Part shown: one piece after another, positions 1-8,504 of the stretch
Position numbering within the stretch: the stretch's first letter is position 1
Layout of the letters: each line of letters opens with the position of its first letter
Assembly: GCA_038259505.1 (NCBI GenBank)
Contig: JBBSOS010000001.1
Coordinates: forward strand, 1-36,593
Direction of reading: 5' to 3'
Length of the DNA: 36,593 bases
Source of the DNA: Candidatus Limnocylindrales bacterium
GTDB taxonomy: Bacteria; Chloroflexota; Limnocylindria; Limnocylindrales; CSP1-4
Notes under the pieces: generated by a model
What the model was told of the DNA's origin: nothing
What the model saw: only the letters and a program-made list of their open reading frames with translations
Databases searched by the model: none
Program-made: the position numbers and the translations under genes

Positions 1-463
1 CCTGCAGCCACGTCGCCGCCAGCGCCGACCCCGTGAGGACCCCACCGACGGGGAATCCCGCCGGCACCAGGTCGGTACCCAGGTCGACGATGTCGTAGTC
101 CCGCCCGGCCGTCGTGGCGAAGCGGTACCCGAGCAGCTCGGCCAACGCATAGACGTCACGGTTCCCGGCCCAGCGTGACGTGGTGTCGGCGGAGAACCCG
201 CAGACCACGTCCTCGCACCCGATGTCGTGCAACGTGTCGACCAGCGCTTCGACCATGCGCGGATCAGTTGCCGACGGCGAGCCCGGCTCGAAGCCCTCGA
301 CCTCGGGGACGATCACCACGGGGACGGCCGCCACCGCCACGTCGGACTGCATCGCACGCGCGGCCAGGGCTCGGGCGACGCCCACCTGTCGGACCGCCCG
401 GTCCACCCGTTCGGCCGGGTCCAGCCCGGGGTGGTCGACCACGACCACGCGCGGTCCGGTCAC
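1..463 (-). CDS. DUF362-like protein, N-terminal part (3' end of gene lies beyond the left edge)
   Basis: My own minus-strand translation from GTG at 463 (alternative in-frame ATG at 520) reads VTGPRVVVVDHPGLDPAERV...AVPVVIVPEVEGFEPGSPSATDPRMVEALVDTLHDIGCEDVVCGFSADTT...YDIVDLGTDL. The frame stays open to position 1, so it is absent from the start-to-stop ORF track. The layout recalls DUF362. The family call is from memory only. Confidence 0.45.
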   Translation of the reverse strand, partial: MTGPRVVVVDHPGLDPAERVDRAVRQVGVARALAARAMQSDVAVAAVPVVIVPEVEGFEPGSPSATDPRMVEALVDTLHDIGCEDVVCGFSADTTSRWAGNRDVYALAELLGYRFATTAGRDYDIVDLGTDLVPAGFPVGGVLTGSALAATWLQ

Positions 464-489
464 CGGCCGGTCAGTCGGCGGGGCGCGAG

Positions 490-1083
490 ATGGTGCTGGA
501 CGAACTCTGGCCGGAGGCATCACCCCGGGATGCTCTCAACAGCTTGCATCAGACAATGTACTATCTTCGACGATGTATTGATCAGTGGTATGACGAGAGC
601 ACGTCCGCAGACTACGTTGTTCTTGAATCAGAACTCTTGTACCTTGATCCTGTTTTGGTCGCGGTCGACAGCGTGAATTTTCATAGAGACGCTGCTGCTG
701 CGCTCTTGACCAGCGAACCTCTCGACGCCGGGGCAATCGCCTTGGCTTGGTATCGCGGTCAATTTGCGCCTGAATTTGAGTACGAGGAATGGGCAATCGA
801 ATATCGTGGCCGTACACACGCCCAGTACCTGAGACTGGTTCAGAGGGTGGCCGAGCATCAGATGCACAACGGCGCGAACGATGCAGCCTCGTCCGGTCTA
901 ACGGCTGCGCTGCGGATCGACCCGTCCGCGTTCGAACTGGAGGGCCACCTCGTGACCGCGTTATGGCGGGGAGGCGCTCGGGCATCGGCACTTGAACACT
1001 ACAAGCACTACGCGCATGTTCACGAGAGGGAGTTGGGTCTTCCGGCCGCACCGGTTAGTGAACTCATAGGCAAACGCCCCTGA
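490..1083 (+). CDS. BTAD (bacterial transcriptional activator domain) protein. It looks like a 5'-truncated SARP/AfsR-family regulator that lacks the OmpR-type winged helix, and may be a gene remnant.
   Basis: From ATG 490 the translation is MVLDELWPEASPRDALNSLHQTMYYLRRCI...VNFHRDAAAAL...ALAWYRGQFAPEFEYEEWAIEYRGRTHAQYLRLV...ALRIDPSAFELEGHLVTALWRGGARASALEHYKHYAHVHERELGLPAAP. This matches the end of a Trans_reg_C wing followed by a BTAD/TPR-like region. The 105 codons upstream in the 175..1083 ORF are Arg/Pro-rich antisense of the DUF362-like gene, not a DNA-binding domain. Confidence 0.6.
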   Translation: MVLDELWPEASPRDALNSLHQTMYYLRRCIDQWYDESTSADYVVLESELLYLDPVLVAVDSVNFHRDAAAALLTSEPLDAGAIALAWYRGQFAPEFEYEEWAIEYRGRTHAQYLRLVQRVAEHQMHNGANDAASSGLTAALRIDPSAFELEGHLVTALWRGGARASALEHYKHYAHVHERELGLPAAPVSELIGKRP

Positions 1084-1478
1084 GCCCCACTGGCCGCATA
1101 GGTAGGACTACGTATGTGGTTGTTGGATCGGTTGCCCGAAAGTACTAGGCGGTGAGGGGTACCGATGGTGCCGACTTGCCGTAAGTATCTGTGACTCGGA
1201 CGTGTGGATGCCCTTCCCTGAACTGGGCACTTGGGGGGAGGTCGGAGCGAGTAGTGCACCCACCCGACGACTAGCCATCGTCAGGTCGAGTGGCCCAGGG
1301 TGGTCCACTCAAAGGAGGGCATGTGGTTCCGAACGCAAATATCAAGGGTTGGTGAGCGCGATGCGCAGACGCCTGACTCTCGTCTTGAGCGTGTGCGCCT
1401 CAATAGCTACCTTGGCCGCAGTGTCGGGCGCGGGACTCCGCGTTCTCTAGACTCCGGATTCCAGGGTACGAAAGTGGG

Positions 1479-2888
1479 ATGGGTGTGGCGGACAGGCTTC
1501 GCCACACTCCCTCCGTGGCAGAGTCGAGGAACGCGGCCGACCGCGTGCCATCCGAGCGGCGACTTCCAGTTCTCGTGGCGACCGTCGCGGTGGTCGCCTT
1601 TCTTGCGTTTGGGATTGCATACGCACGCTGGCCCGTCATCTCGCCTGAGTTCGACGCCGGAGACCTAGTGTTCTGGACGGCACTGACGCTGATTGTGTCG
1701 TCGTTTCCCGTCGTGGCACCCAGGGGTTCGGTCGTGAGCGTCGCAATCGCGCCCATCTTGGCGAGCGCCATCCTTGGCGGTCCGGCCGCTGGAGCCGTAG
1801 TCGGCTTCGTGGGAGTCCTCGAACTTCGCGAGCTTCGACTCGAGATCCCCTGGTATGGCACCCTCTACAACCACTGTTCGACCGTGGTGTCTATCGTTTC
1901 CGCGGGGGTCGCCTTCTGGCTGCTATCTGGAACCAGCACTGGCACGTGGAACTTGGTTACCTTGAGTGCTGCACTTGCAGCGGGTGGCATCTTCTTCGTA
2001 GTGGCGGAGCTTCAGGCGTCCGCCTCAGTGGCAGTTCGACAGCGCCGCAGTCTTGCGGCCGTCGCGAGCGGGGACCTTCGCTCATATGGCCTGGCTCTCA
2101 TGGGCCTGGTGCCGTTGGCGTGGTTGATGGCGTTCGCTTACGTTGACGTCGGGCCGGCGGTCGTGGTGCTGTTCGCGCTGCCCCTCTACACGACCCGGTC
2201 CGCGTACCAGTCCGTGGTGGAGTTGCGCCGGATGTTCACCCAGACTGTTCGCGCACTCGCGTCCGCGATCGATGCGCGCGACCCGTCAACGAAGCGGCAC
2301 TCTGAGCACGTCGCTGGCATTGCCGTCGAGATCGGACAGGAAATGCAGGTGAGTGAGGCGGAGCTCGAGATCCTCGAGTGGGCCGGCCTGTTCCATGACA
2401 TCGGCAAGATCGGCATCCCCGACGCCATCCTGCTCAAGCCGGGCCGGCTGGACAAGGCAGAGCGGATGGAGATGAACAAGCATCCGGTCAAGGGTGCCGA
2501 GATCTTGGCCAACGCGGAACGGTTGAGGCTGGTGGTGCCACTCGTCAAGTTCCACCATGAGTGGTACAACGGCAGCGGCTACCCGGACCGTCTCGTCGGC
2601 GAGGAGATCCCACTGCTTGCCCGGATCCTCGCCGTCGCGGATTCCTTCGAGGCCATGACGGCGATACGTCCATACCAGACTCGCCCAAAGACGCTCGAAC
2701 AAGCGATCGAAGAGCTGCGCCGATGCGCCGGCACGCAGTTCGACCCCGAGGTTGTGGAGGCGTTCGTACGCACACGGACGGCACGTGGCCTTGGGGAACT
2801 CGAACCGTCGAGTCGCTCGAGCGCATCCAGCGTCAGTACGCGAGCTTCCGGGCCGCAGGCGATACCGGCGACGTCCAAGGGCCACTGA
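1479..2888 (+). CDS. Membrane-bound HD-GYP domain phosphodiesterase (c-di-GMP signalling)
   Basis: The N-terminal ~230 aa form several hydrophobic helices (VLVATVAVVAFLAFGIAY, LVFWTALTLIVSSF, VSIVSAGVAFWLL and others). The C-terminal part carries HSEHVAGIAV...FHDIGKIGIPDAILLKPGRL...HHEWYNGSGYPDRL...ILAVADSFEAM, the classic HD...HHExxDGxGYP signature. Confidence 0.9.
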   Translation: MGVADRLRHTPSVAESRNAADRVPSERRLPVLVATVAVVAFLAFGIAYARWPVISPEFDAGDLVFWTALTLIVSSFPVVAPRGSVVSVAIAPILASAILGGPAAGAVVGFVGVLELRELRLEIPWYGTLYNHCSTVVSIVSAGVAFWLLSGTSTGTWNLVTLSAALAAGGIFFVVAELQASASVAVRQRRSLAAVASGDLRSYGLALMGLVPLAWLMAFAYVDVGPAVVVLFALPLYTTRSAYQSVVELRRMFTQTVRALASAIDARDPSTKRHSEHVAGIAVEIGQEMQVSEAELEILEWAGLFHDIGKIGIPDAILLKPGRLDKAERMEMNKHPVKGAEILANAERLRLVVPLVKFHHEWYNGSGYPDRLVGEEIPLLARILAVADSFEAMTAIRPYQTRPKTLEQAIEELRRCAGTQFDPEVVEAFVRTRTARGLGELEPSSRSSASSVSTRASGPQAIPATSKGH

Positions 2889-2929
2889 TCTCGTTCGCCA
2901 TGGTCGCGCGGGCGATCGGCACTCGCCAC

Positions 2930-4192
2930 TCAGATGGCCCCATCCAGCCGCATCGCCTCGACCTCCTCCCGATCGAAGCCCATTCGGGCCAGAAGCCGGT
3001 CGGTGTCCTGCCCGAGGGTCGGTGGTGGGTACCGGATGGATGCGGGCGTCTCCTGCAGCTTCCATGGCAGACCGGGCAGCCGGATCGGACCGACGACCGG
3101 ATGCTCGACCTCCACCAGCATCTCGGCCTCGATGATCCGCGGGTCGCTGAACACCTCAGCCAGGTCCCGGACACGTCCGACGGGCACGTCCGCGGCGACG
3201 AGGAGTGACTCCCAATCCTCGGCGGACCTCTCACTGAGAGCCGCCACAAGGATGGTTCGAAGCTCATCGCGGTGCTGGACGCGAGCGGCGTTGGACCCGA
3301 AGCGTGGGTCGGCAGCCAGCTCCGGACTGCCGAGCGCGGCACCCAGGTGTTGCCACTGGCGCTCCGACCCCACTGCGATGGCGATCAGGCCGCGTTGCGT
3401 GGGAAAGGTCTCGTAGGGCGTGATATTCGGGTGCCGGTTGCCCATGCGTGTCGGCACCTGACCGCCGATCAGATAGTTCGTCGCCTGGTTGACGGACGAC
3501 GCGATGACCGAGCCCAGCAATGAGGTGTCGATGCGCTGCCCGCGACCCGACCCGGGTCCGATCCCGTCCCCATCACGCCATCGGAGCGCAGCAAGGATGG
3601 CGACCGCGCCGAGCATCCCTGTCGTCAGGTCCGCCACCGCGACGCCGACCTTGGTCGGCCCTCCCCCGTCGGCATCGGACATGCCCGTGATGGACATGAG
3701 GCCGGACACGGCCTGGATGATGAAGTCGAAGCCCGGTCGTCCGCTGTCTGGTCCGGTCGGACCGTATCCCGTGATGGACAGCCGCACGAGGCGGGGGTTC
3801 AGGGTGTCGATCCGCGTATCGGGGAAGCCCAGGCGCTCCAGCGACCCCGGCCGGAAGTTTTCGATGAGCACGTCACTGGCTGAGAGCAGCCGCTCCAGCA
3901 CGCGACCGCCCGCGGGTGTGGAGATGTCGAGGCGCATGCCCTGCTTGTTGCGATTGACCGACAGGTAATAGCCCGACTCGCCGGGGACATCCGCGGGTCC
4001 GGCATGAGCCCCGCCGTCAGCGGGCACCGCGAAGGGCGGCCCATAGCGTCGGGTCGGATCACCGTCGGGTGGCTCGACCTTGATGACCTCGGCCCCCAGG
4101 TCGCCCAGCAGCATCGAGCAGTAGGGCCCCGCAAGGACCGTGGACAGGTCGCACACGATCAGACCATCGAGCGCACCATGTGACTCAGGCAT
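2930..4192 (-). CDS. CaiB/BaiF family III CoA-transferase
   Basis: From the ATG at 4192 the translation is MPESHGALDGLIVCDLSTVLAGPYCSMLLGDLGAEVIKVEPPDGDPTRRYGPP...LSVNRNKQGMRLD...DVLIENFRPGSLERLGF. The 180 codons upstream in the 600-aa ORF run into and past the divergent PIG-L gene and look non-coding. Confidence 0.9.
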   Translation of the reverse strand: MPESHGALDGLIVCDLSTVLAGPYCSMLLGDLGAEVIKVEPPDGDPTRRYGPPFAVPADGGAHAGPADVPGESGYYLSVNRNKQGMRLDISTPAGGRVLERLLSASDVLIENFRPGSLERLGFPDTRIDTLNPRLVRLSITGYGPTGPDSGRPGFDFIIQAVSGLMSITGMSDADGGGPTKVGVAVADLTTGMLGAVAILAALRWRDGDGIGPGSGRGQRIDTSLLGSVIASSVNQATNYLIGGQVPTRMGNRHPNITPYETFPTQRGLIAIAVGSERQWQHLGAALGSPELAADPRFGSNAARVQHRDELRTILVAALSERSAEDWESLLVAADVPVGRVRDLAEVFSDPRIIEAEMLVEVEHPVVGPIRLPGLPWKLQETPASIRYPPPTLGQDTDRLLARMGFDREEVEAMRLDGAI

Positions 4193-4297
4193 GAGCCCAC
4201 ACGCGAACCGGAGGATCAGCCATCGCCCACACGGTACCAAGGGTGTGCCAGCCCGTCGCTTGCCGGCACGGACCCATCGGTACAGCACCGAGCTACC

Positions 4298-5218
4298 ATG
4301 CCTGACATGCCTGCTGTCCATTCTCTGCTCACCGTTCACGCGCATCCCGACGACGAGACCATCGCGACCGGTGGCGTCATGTCGCGATACAGCCGCGCCG
4401 ACCATCGGGTGATCTGTGTCACGTGCACGGGTGGCGAGCAGGGCGAGATCGTGGTCCCGGAGCTGGACACACCCGAGAACCATGCCCGACTCAGGGAACT
4501 CCGCGACGAGGAGTTGCGGCGCGCCCTGGAGCAGCTCGGGCCCATCGTGTCGCGACGGTTGGGCTACCTGGACTCGGGCATGATGGGCACGCCCGAGAAC
4601 GAGCTCGACGGGAGCTTCTGGACCGCCGACCTGGACGAGGCGGTGGGTCGACTGGTGGCCATCGTGCGCGAGCAGCGACCCCAGGTGATCGTGGGCTACA
4701 ACGCATACGGCGGCTACGGCCACCCCGATCACATCCGGTCAGCGCAGGTGGCCGTGCTGGCGTTCGAGCGCGCCGGGGACCCGGCATGGTATCCGGAGCA
4801 ACTGGCCGAGGGGTCCCGTCCCTGGCAGCCTCTCAAGCGCTATGAAGCCGTGATGGACCTGTCACGGCGGATGGAGATGGCAGAACTGCTTCGGGAGCGT
4901 GGCATCGAGAGCTGGCTGACCGCGGCAGATGACGAGCCGGCCGAGGTCCGTCAGCAGCGTGAAGAACAGTTCGCGCGGATGACCGAAGCGACCGGGCCCA
5001 AGACAACATCCGTCGACATCAGCGGATCCATCGACCACAAGCTGGCCGCGCTCAGGGAGCACGTCACCCAGCTTCGGACCGACCAGTTCTTCCTGGCCCT
5101 GACCGCGGACGAGTGGCGGCGCTACATGCCCACGGAAGACTTCACCCTGAGCGAATCGCGGCTGCCCGTGCGCATTCCCGAGGACGACCTGTTCGCGGGT
5201 GTGCCTCCAGAGGCCTGA
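4298..5218 (+). CDS. PIG-L family deacetylase, Mca/MshB-like (mycothiol-type amidase/deacetylase family)
   Basis: Motifs seen: LLTVHAHPDDETIATGGVMSRY...VICVTCTGGEQGEI...GYNAYGGYGHPDHIRSAQV. These are the AHPDDE and HPDH zinc-site motifs, and the overall layout matches Mca/MshB. Confidence 0.85.
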   Translation: MPDMPAVHSLLTVHAHPDDETIATGGVMSRYSRADHRVICVTCTGGEQGEIVVPELDTPENHARLRELRDEELRRALEQLGPIVSRRLGYLDSGMMGTPENELDGSFWTADLDEAVGRLVAIVREQRPQVIVGYNAYGGYGHPDHIRSAQVAVLAFERAGDPAWYPEQLAEGSRPWQPLKRYEAVMDLSRRMEMAELLRERGIESWLTAADDEPAEVRQQREEQFARMTEATGPKTTSVDISGSIDHKLAALREHVTQLRTDQFFLALTADEWRRYMPTEDFTLSESRLPVRIPEDDLFAGVPPEA

Positions 5219-5308
5219 GCGCCGGTACCGGGACACGCACGATGCCGAGGCCGAGCGAGACCCGATCCCAGGCCGACCGCGGCCCGACGCCGGGTCCCAT
5301 CGGCGTGG

Positions 5309-7210
5309 CTACCAGTCGCTGATGCCCCTGGAGGCGGTTCGGATGGCCTTCAGGAGTGCGCGGCCATCGTCCGTCGCCGGGTCGAGCAGGTTGGGCTGCG
5401 CCTGATCCACCGTCAGGAACGGGTGGAGCCGGGCCTGGACGAGCTTGCTGCCGGCCCAGGTCATCTCGACCAGCACGCTCTCTGCGGTGTTGGTCGACCA
5501 GTTCTGGTCGAAGATGAAGTTCCCAAGGGAATAGAACACCGGCGTGCCGTCGATGTCGCCGATGCCGCCCGGGATGTGCGAGTGGGCGCCCAGGATGAGG
5601 TCCACGCCCATGCTCGCCCATCGCTGGGCAAGCCGTTCCTGGCTGGCCAGCCGCGCCCGGGTGTACTCCACGCCCCAATGCGGGAACACGATGAGGATGT
5701 CAGCCTTCGCCCGCGCCTCCCGGATGGCGTCGAACGCCTCCTTCGACTTGCACGGCAGGCCACCAGCGCTGTTCGCCCCCGCCCAGGATGCCGGAGCGAC
5801 CGCGACGCAGGCCACGATCCCGACGGTCTGTCCCTTGACCTTGAGGTAGCTGGGCTTGGCCGCCTGACGCTTGTTCCTGCCGGCACCCGTGTGGGCGATG
5901 CCGTACTTGTCGAGCGTCTTGAGGGTGTTCATGACGCCCGTGGCGCCGTAGTCCCGGATGTGATTGTTGGCGAGCGACATCCAGTCGATGCCGCCGCGCG
6001 TGAAGATCTGGGTCAGGTCCGGCCTGCCGCTGAAGCTGGTCCCCTGGAGGTGGAAGGTCCAGTTGGTCGGGGTCGGCTGCTCGTGGTTGGACAGGGCCAG
6101 GTCAGCGTCCTTGACCAGATCGCGGAAGATCCCCTTGGGTCCCGACAGCACATAGCTGGGGATGGTGTTGCCGTTGGCCCGTGGACAGGCGCGACACACG
6201 TAGTGTCCGGTCACCCTCGCTGTGCCGCCGTTGAACGGGTAGTCGACACCCTTCTTGCGATTGACGACCCGCTCGTACAGTCCCCGGTCGGTGAAGGAGT
6301 CACCGCCCGCGACCATCGTCCAGGTAGCGTCCTGGTCCCATGCCTCGGCGGCGGTCGCCTGGACCTGGGCGACCAGCGGCCACCTCCCGAGACGGCCGAT
6401 CCGACCATTGCCGAACAGATCCTGGCCGTCGATGCCGAGTGCCCGCACCGAGGGCTCCACGTCAGAGGCACGCAGGAGACCCAGCGTCCTGCCCTTCTTG
6501 ACGGCCGCGATGATGGCCGCGGGGGTCGCCTCGCGCACCGAGTCCGCGATGGTGATGCCCAACGCGGCTTCGAGCGGGGCGCGGTCACCGGAACTGATCA
6601 TCACCCGGGGATATCTCGATGACGACCCGCGCAGTGCCTGCTTGAGATCCGCCGTGGCGATGCTGTCGGCAGTCTCCCAGTAGCGCACGACGGGCACGAA
6701 CGGCATCCGATGGAGCGTCGTGGCAGCGTCCGGCACGCAGGTCGGTCCGGGCAAGGCCGTCGTCGCTGGACCGACGATCGGGGGATCTGGGGGCGACGAG
6801 AGTGGATCCGCAGGGGAAGGATCAGCAGAGGACACCGCCGACGGTGACGGTATCCCGGACAGGCAGTCCGCCGGGCCCGTGGACGCAGCCGGTTCCGGGC
6901 TGACGGACGGGATGGACGACGCGACGGCCAGCGACGGCGCCACCTGGAGGGCTGTCGGATCCTGCGCCTGAGCCGAGTCGACGGCCGCAGCCGGACCGCC
7001 GATGCTCGCCGATGGGGAAGCCGCCGCTCGCTGCTCATTGTGGTTCAGGACACTGGCCAGGAACCCGAGCGCACCGATCCCGAACAGGAGGGCGAAGCCG
7101 ATCACGACCAGGTGCGATGTCTCCAACACCCGTCGTGGGGGGCCATCACCCGTCGGCGGCCTGGGCGTGGCGCGAACCGCGGACGTATCGAGCGGGTCGG
7201 CGGGGGTCAT
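5309..7210 (-). CDS. Membrane-anchored CapA-family (PGA_cap metallophosphatase-like) protein
   Basis: The C-terminal half carries SLANNHIRDYG...GIAHTGAGRN...ILIVFPHWGVEY...DLILGAHSHIPGG...FYSLGNFIFDQ. The N-terminus has one TM helix (HLVVIGFALLFGIGALGFLASVL) and a Ser/Pro/Ala-rich linker. I chose the start at ATG 7210 (GAAGG lies 4 nt upstream); ATG 7273 is an alternative. The ORF-track start at 7357 lies inside tRNA-Asp. Confidence 0.8.
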   Translation of the reverse strand: MTPADPLDTSAVRATPRPPTGDGPPRRVLETSHLVVIGFALLFGIGALGFLASVLNHNEQRAAASPSASIGGPAAAVDSAQAQDPTALQVAPSLAVASSIPSVSPEPAASTGPADCLSGIPSPSAVSSADPSPADPLSSPPDPPIVGPATTALPGPTCVPDAATTLHRMPFVPVVRYWETADSIATADLKQALRGSSSRYPRVMISSGDRAPLEAALGITIADSVREATPAAIIAAVKKGRTLGLLRASDVEPSVRALGIDGQDLFGNGRIGRLGRWPLVAQVQATAAEAWDQDATWTMVAGGDSFTDRGLYERVVNRKKGVDYPFNGGTARVTGHYVCRACPRANGNTIPSYVLSGPKGIFRDLVKDADLALSNHEQPTPTNWTFHLQGTSFSGRPDLTQIFTRGGIDWMSLANNHIRDYGATGVMNTLKTLDKYGIAHTGAGRNKRQAAKPSYLKVKGQTVGIVACVAVAPASWAGANSAGGLPCKSKEAFDAIREARAKADILIVFPHWGVEYTRARLASQERLAQRWASMGVDLILGAHSHIPGGIGDIDGTPVFYSLGNFIFDQNWSTNTAESVLVEMTWAGSKLVQARLHPFLTVDQAQPNLLDPATDDGRALLKAIRTASRGISDW

Positions 7211-7304
7211 GCGGCCTTCAGGTCCTCGCTCCGAGCGGGCGGGCCCGTCCTCGTCTTCCGAGCATCCGGACATGGTCGTGGGATGGAACGGGCGACGGGC
7301 AAGT

Positions 7305-7381
7305 TGGCGGACCCGACCGGATTCGAACCGGCGATCTCCAGCGTGACAGGCTGGCATGTTGGGCCGCTACACCACGGGTCC
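7305..7381 (-). tRNA. tRNA-Asp (anticodon GUC), CCA encoded
   Basis: The reverse complement folds by hand as GGACCCG TG GTGT AGCGGCCCA ACAT G CCAGC CTGTCAC GCTGG AGATC GCCGG TTCGAAT CCGGT CGGGTCC G CCA. It has a perfect 7-bp acceptor stem, a GTC anticodon in a 7-nt loop, a TTCGAAT T-loop and discriminator G. Confidence 0.93.
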
Positions 7382-7432
7382 GCTGCGGCGAAGGCGGAGT
7401 GTATCAGGAAGTCACGCTATCCTCCGTTGCCC

Positions 7433-8503
7433 ATGCCGGACCTCATCGACCTTCGCTCCGACACCGTCACCCAACCCACGCGCGAGATGCGCCGCGCCAT
7501 GGCCGAGGCGCAGGTCGGCGACGACGTATTCGAGGACGATCCCACGGTCATCGCGCTCGAGGAGCGTGCTGCCGCGCTGCTCGGCAAGGACGCTGGACTG
7601 TTCGTGACCAGCGGCACCCAGGGCAACCTGGTGAGCCAGATGGCACACGTGCCCCGCGGTGGCGAGATCATCGCCGAGACCGACTCGCATGTCGTCCTGG
7701 ACGAGGCGGCGGGGCATGCCGTCGTCGTGGGTGCCTCGGTCCGCGCCGTCCCGGCCGTGGCGGACGGACGGATGGATCCCGACGCCATCCGGGAGGCATT
7801 CCGGGACCCGACCGATCCCCACGAACCGATCACATCGCTCGTGGTGCTCGAGAATACCCATGCCCATTCCATGGGCCAGCCCTTCGATGTGGGCTATACG
7901 AACGAGGTGGCGCGCATCGCTCACGAGCACGGTGTACCACTCCATATCGATGGTGCGCGCCTGTTCAACGCCGCCGTCACGCTTGGAGTCGATGCCCGGA
8001 CGCTCGTGGAGTCCGCAGATTCGGTGACCTTCTGCCTGTCCAAGGGACTCGCCTGTCCTGTGGGTTCGGTGGTCGTTGGTGGCCGCGAGTTCATCTGGCG
8101 CGCACGACGTGCACGCAAGCTGCTGGGTGGGGGACTGCGCCAGGTCGGGGTGCTTGCGGCGCCGGGTCTCATCGCGTTGCGGACCGGACCCTCGGGCATG
8201 ATCGAGCGGCTCGCGGACGACCATGTCACCGCGCGCCAGCTCGCCATCGGCCTGTCTGACATGCCGGGCATCCGCGATCTCGATCCGGAGCGGGTCCGCA
8301 CGAACTTCGTGATGTTCCGCGTCGCGGACCGGGCGACCTTCCTGGCCGACGTTGCCCGTGAGGGAGTCCTCATGGTGCCCTACCCCCATGGCTACGTCCG
8401 CGCTGTCACCCACCACGGCATCGGGGCCTCGGATGTGGCACGGGCAGTCGAGATCGCTGCCCGGGTCCTCGGCGCCTCGCCGGCGGCGACCGTCCGGGTC
8501 TGA
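7433..8503 (+). CDS. ltaE: Low-specificity L-threonine aldolase (PLP-dependent, GntG/LtaE family)
   Basis: From ATG 7433 the translation is [66 protein letters not shown]...[11 protein letters not shown]...[13 protein letters not shown]. The upstream part of the 487-aa ORF is antisense of CapA and tRNA-Asp. Confidence 0.9.
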   Translation: MPDLIDLRSDTVTQPTREMRRAMAEAQVGDDVFEDDPTVIALEERAAALLGKDAGLFVTSGTQGNLVSQMAHVPRGGEIIAETDSHVVLDEAAGHAVVVGASVRAVPAVADGRMDPDAIREAFRDPTDPHEPITSLVVLENTHAHSMGQPFDVGYTNEVARIAHEHGVPLHIDGARLFNAAVTLGVDARTLVESADSVTFCLSKGLACPVGSVVVGGREFIWRARRARKLLGGGLRQVGVLAAPGLIALRTGPSGMIERLADDHVTARQLAIGLSDMPGIRDLDPERVRTNFVMFRVADRATFLADVAREGVLMVPYPHGYVRAVTHHGIGASDVARAVEIAARVLGASPAATVRV

Positions 8504-8504
8504 G

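Noticed and set aside
175-489. The N-terminal 105 codons of the 302-aa ORF 175..1083 (MTWCRRRTRRPRPRTRCR...).
   Set aside because: This is an Arg/Pro-rich translation typical of the antisense frame of a real high-G+C gene, here the DUF362-like gene on the minus strand. The recognisable SARP homology only starts at Met 490.
4193-4732. The upstream 180 codons of the 600-aa minus ORF 2930..4732.
   Set aside because: CoA-transferase homology begins at MPESHGALDGLIVCDLS (ATG 4192). The extension overlaps the well-supported divergent PIG-L gene and has no family signal.
7211-7357. The ORF-track start of the CapA gene at 7357 (MPACHAGDRRFESGRVRQ...).
   Set aside because: This segment lies on the same strand as tRNA-Asp and reads directly through it. 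The peptide AGDRRFESGRV comes from the anticodon-arm and T-arm sequence (GGTTCGAATCC encodes RFES). The true start must lie 3' of the tRNA, at 7210 or 7273.
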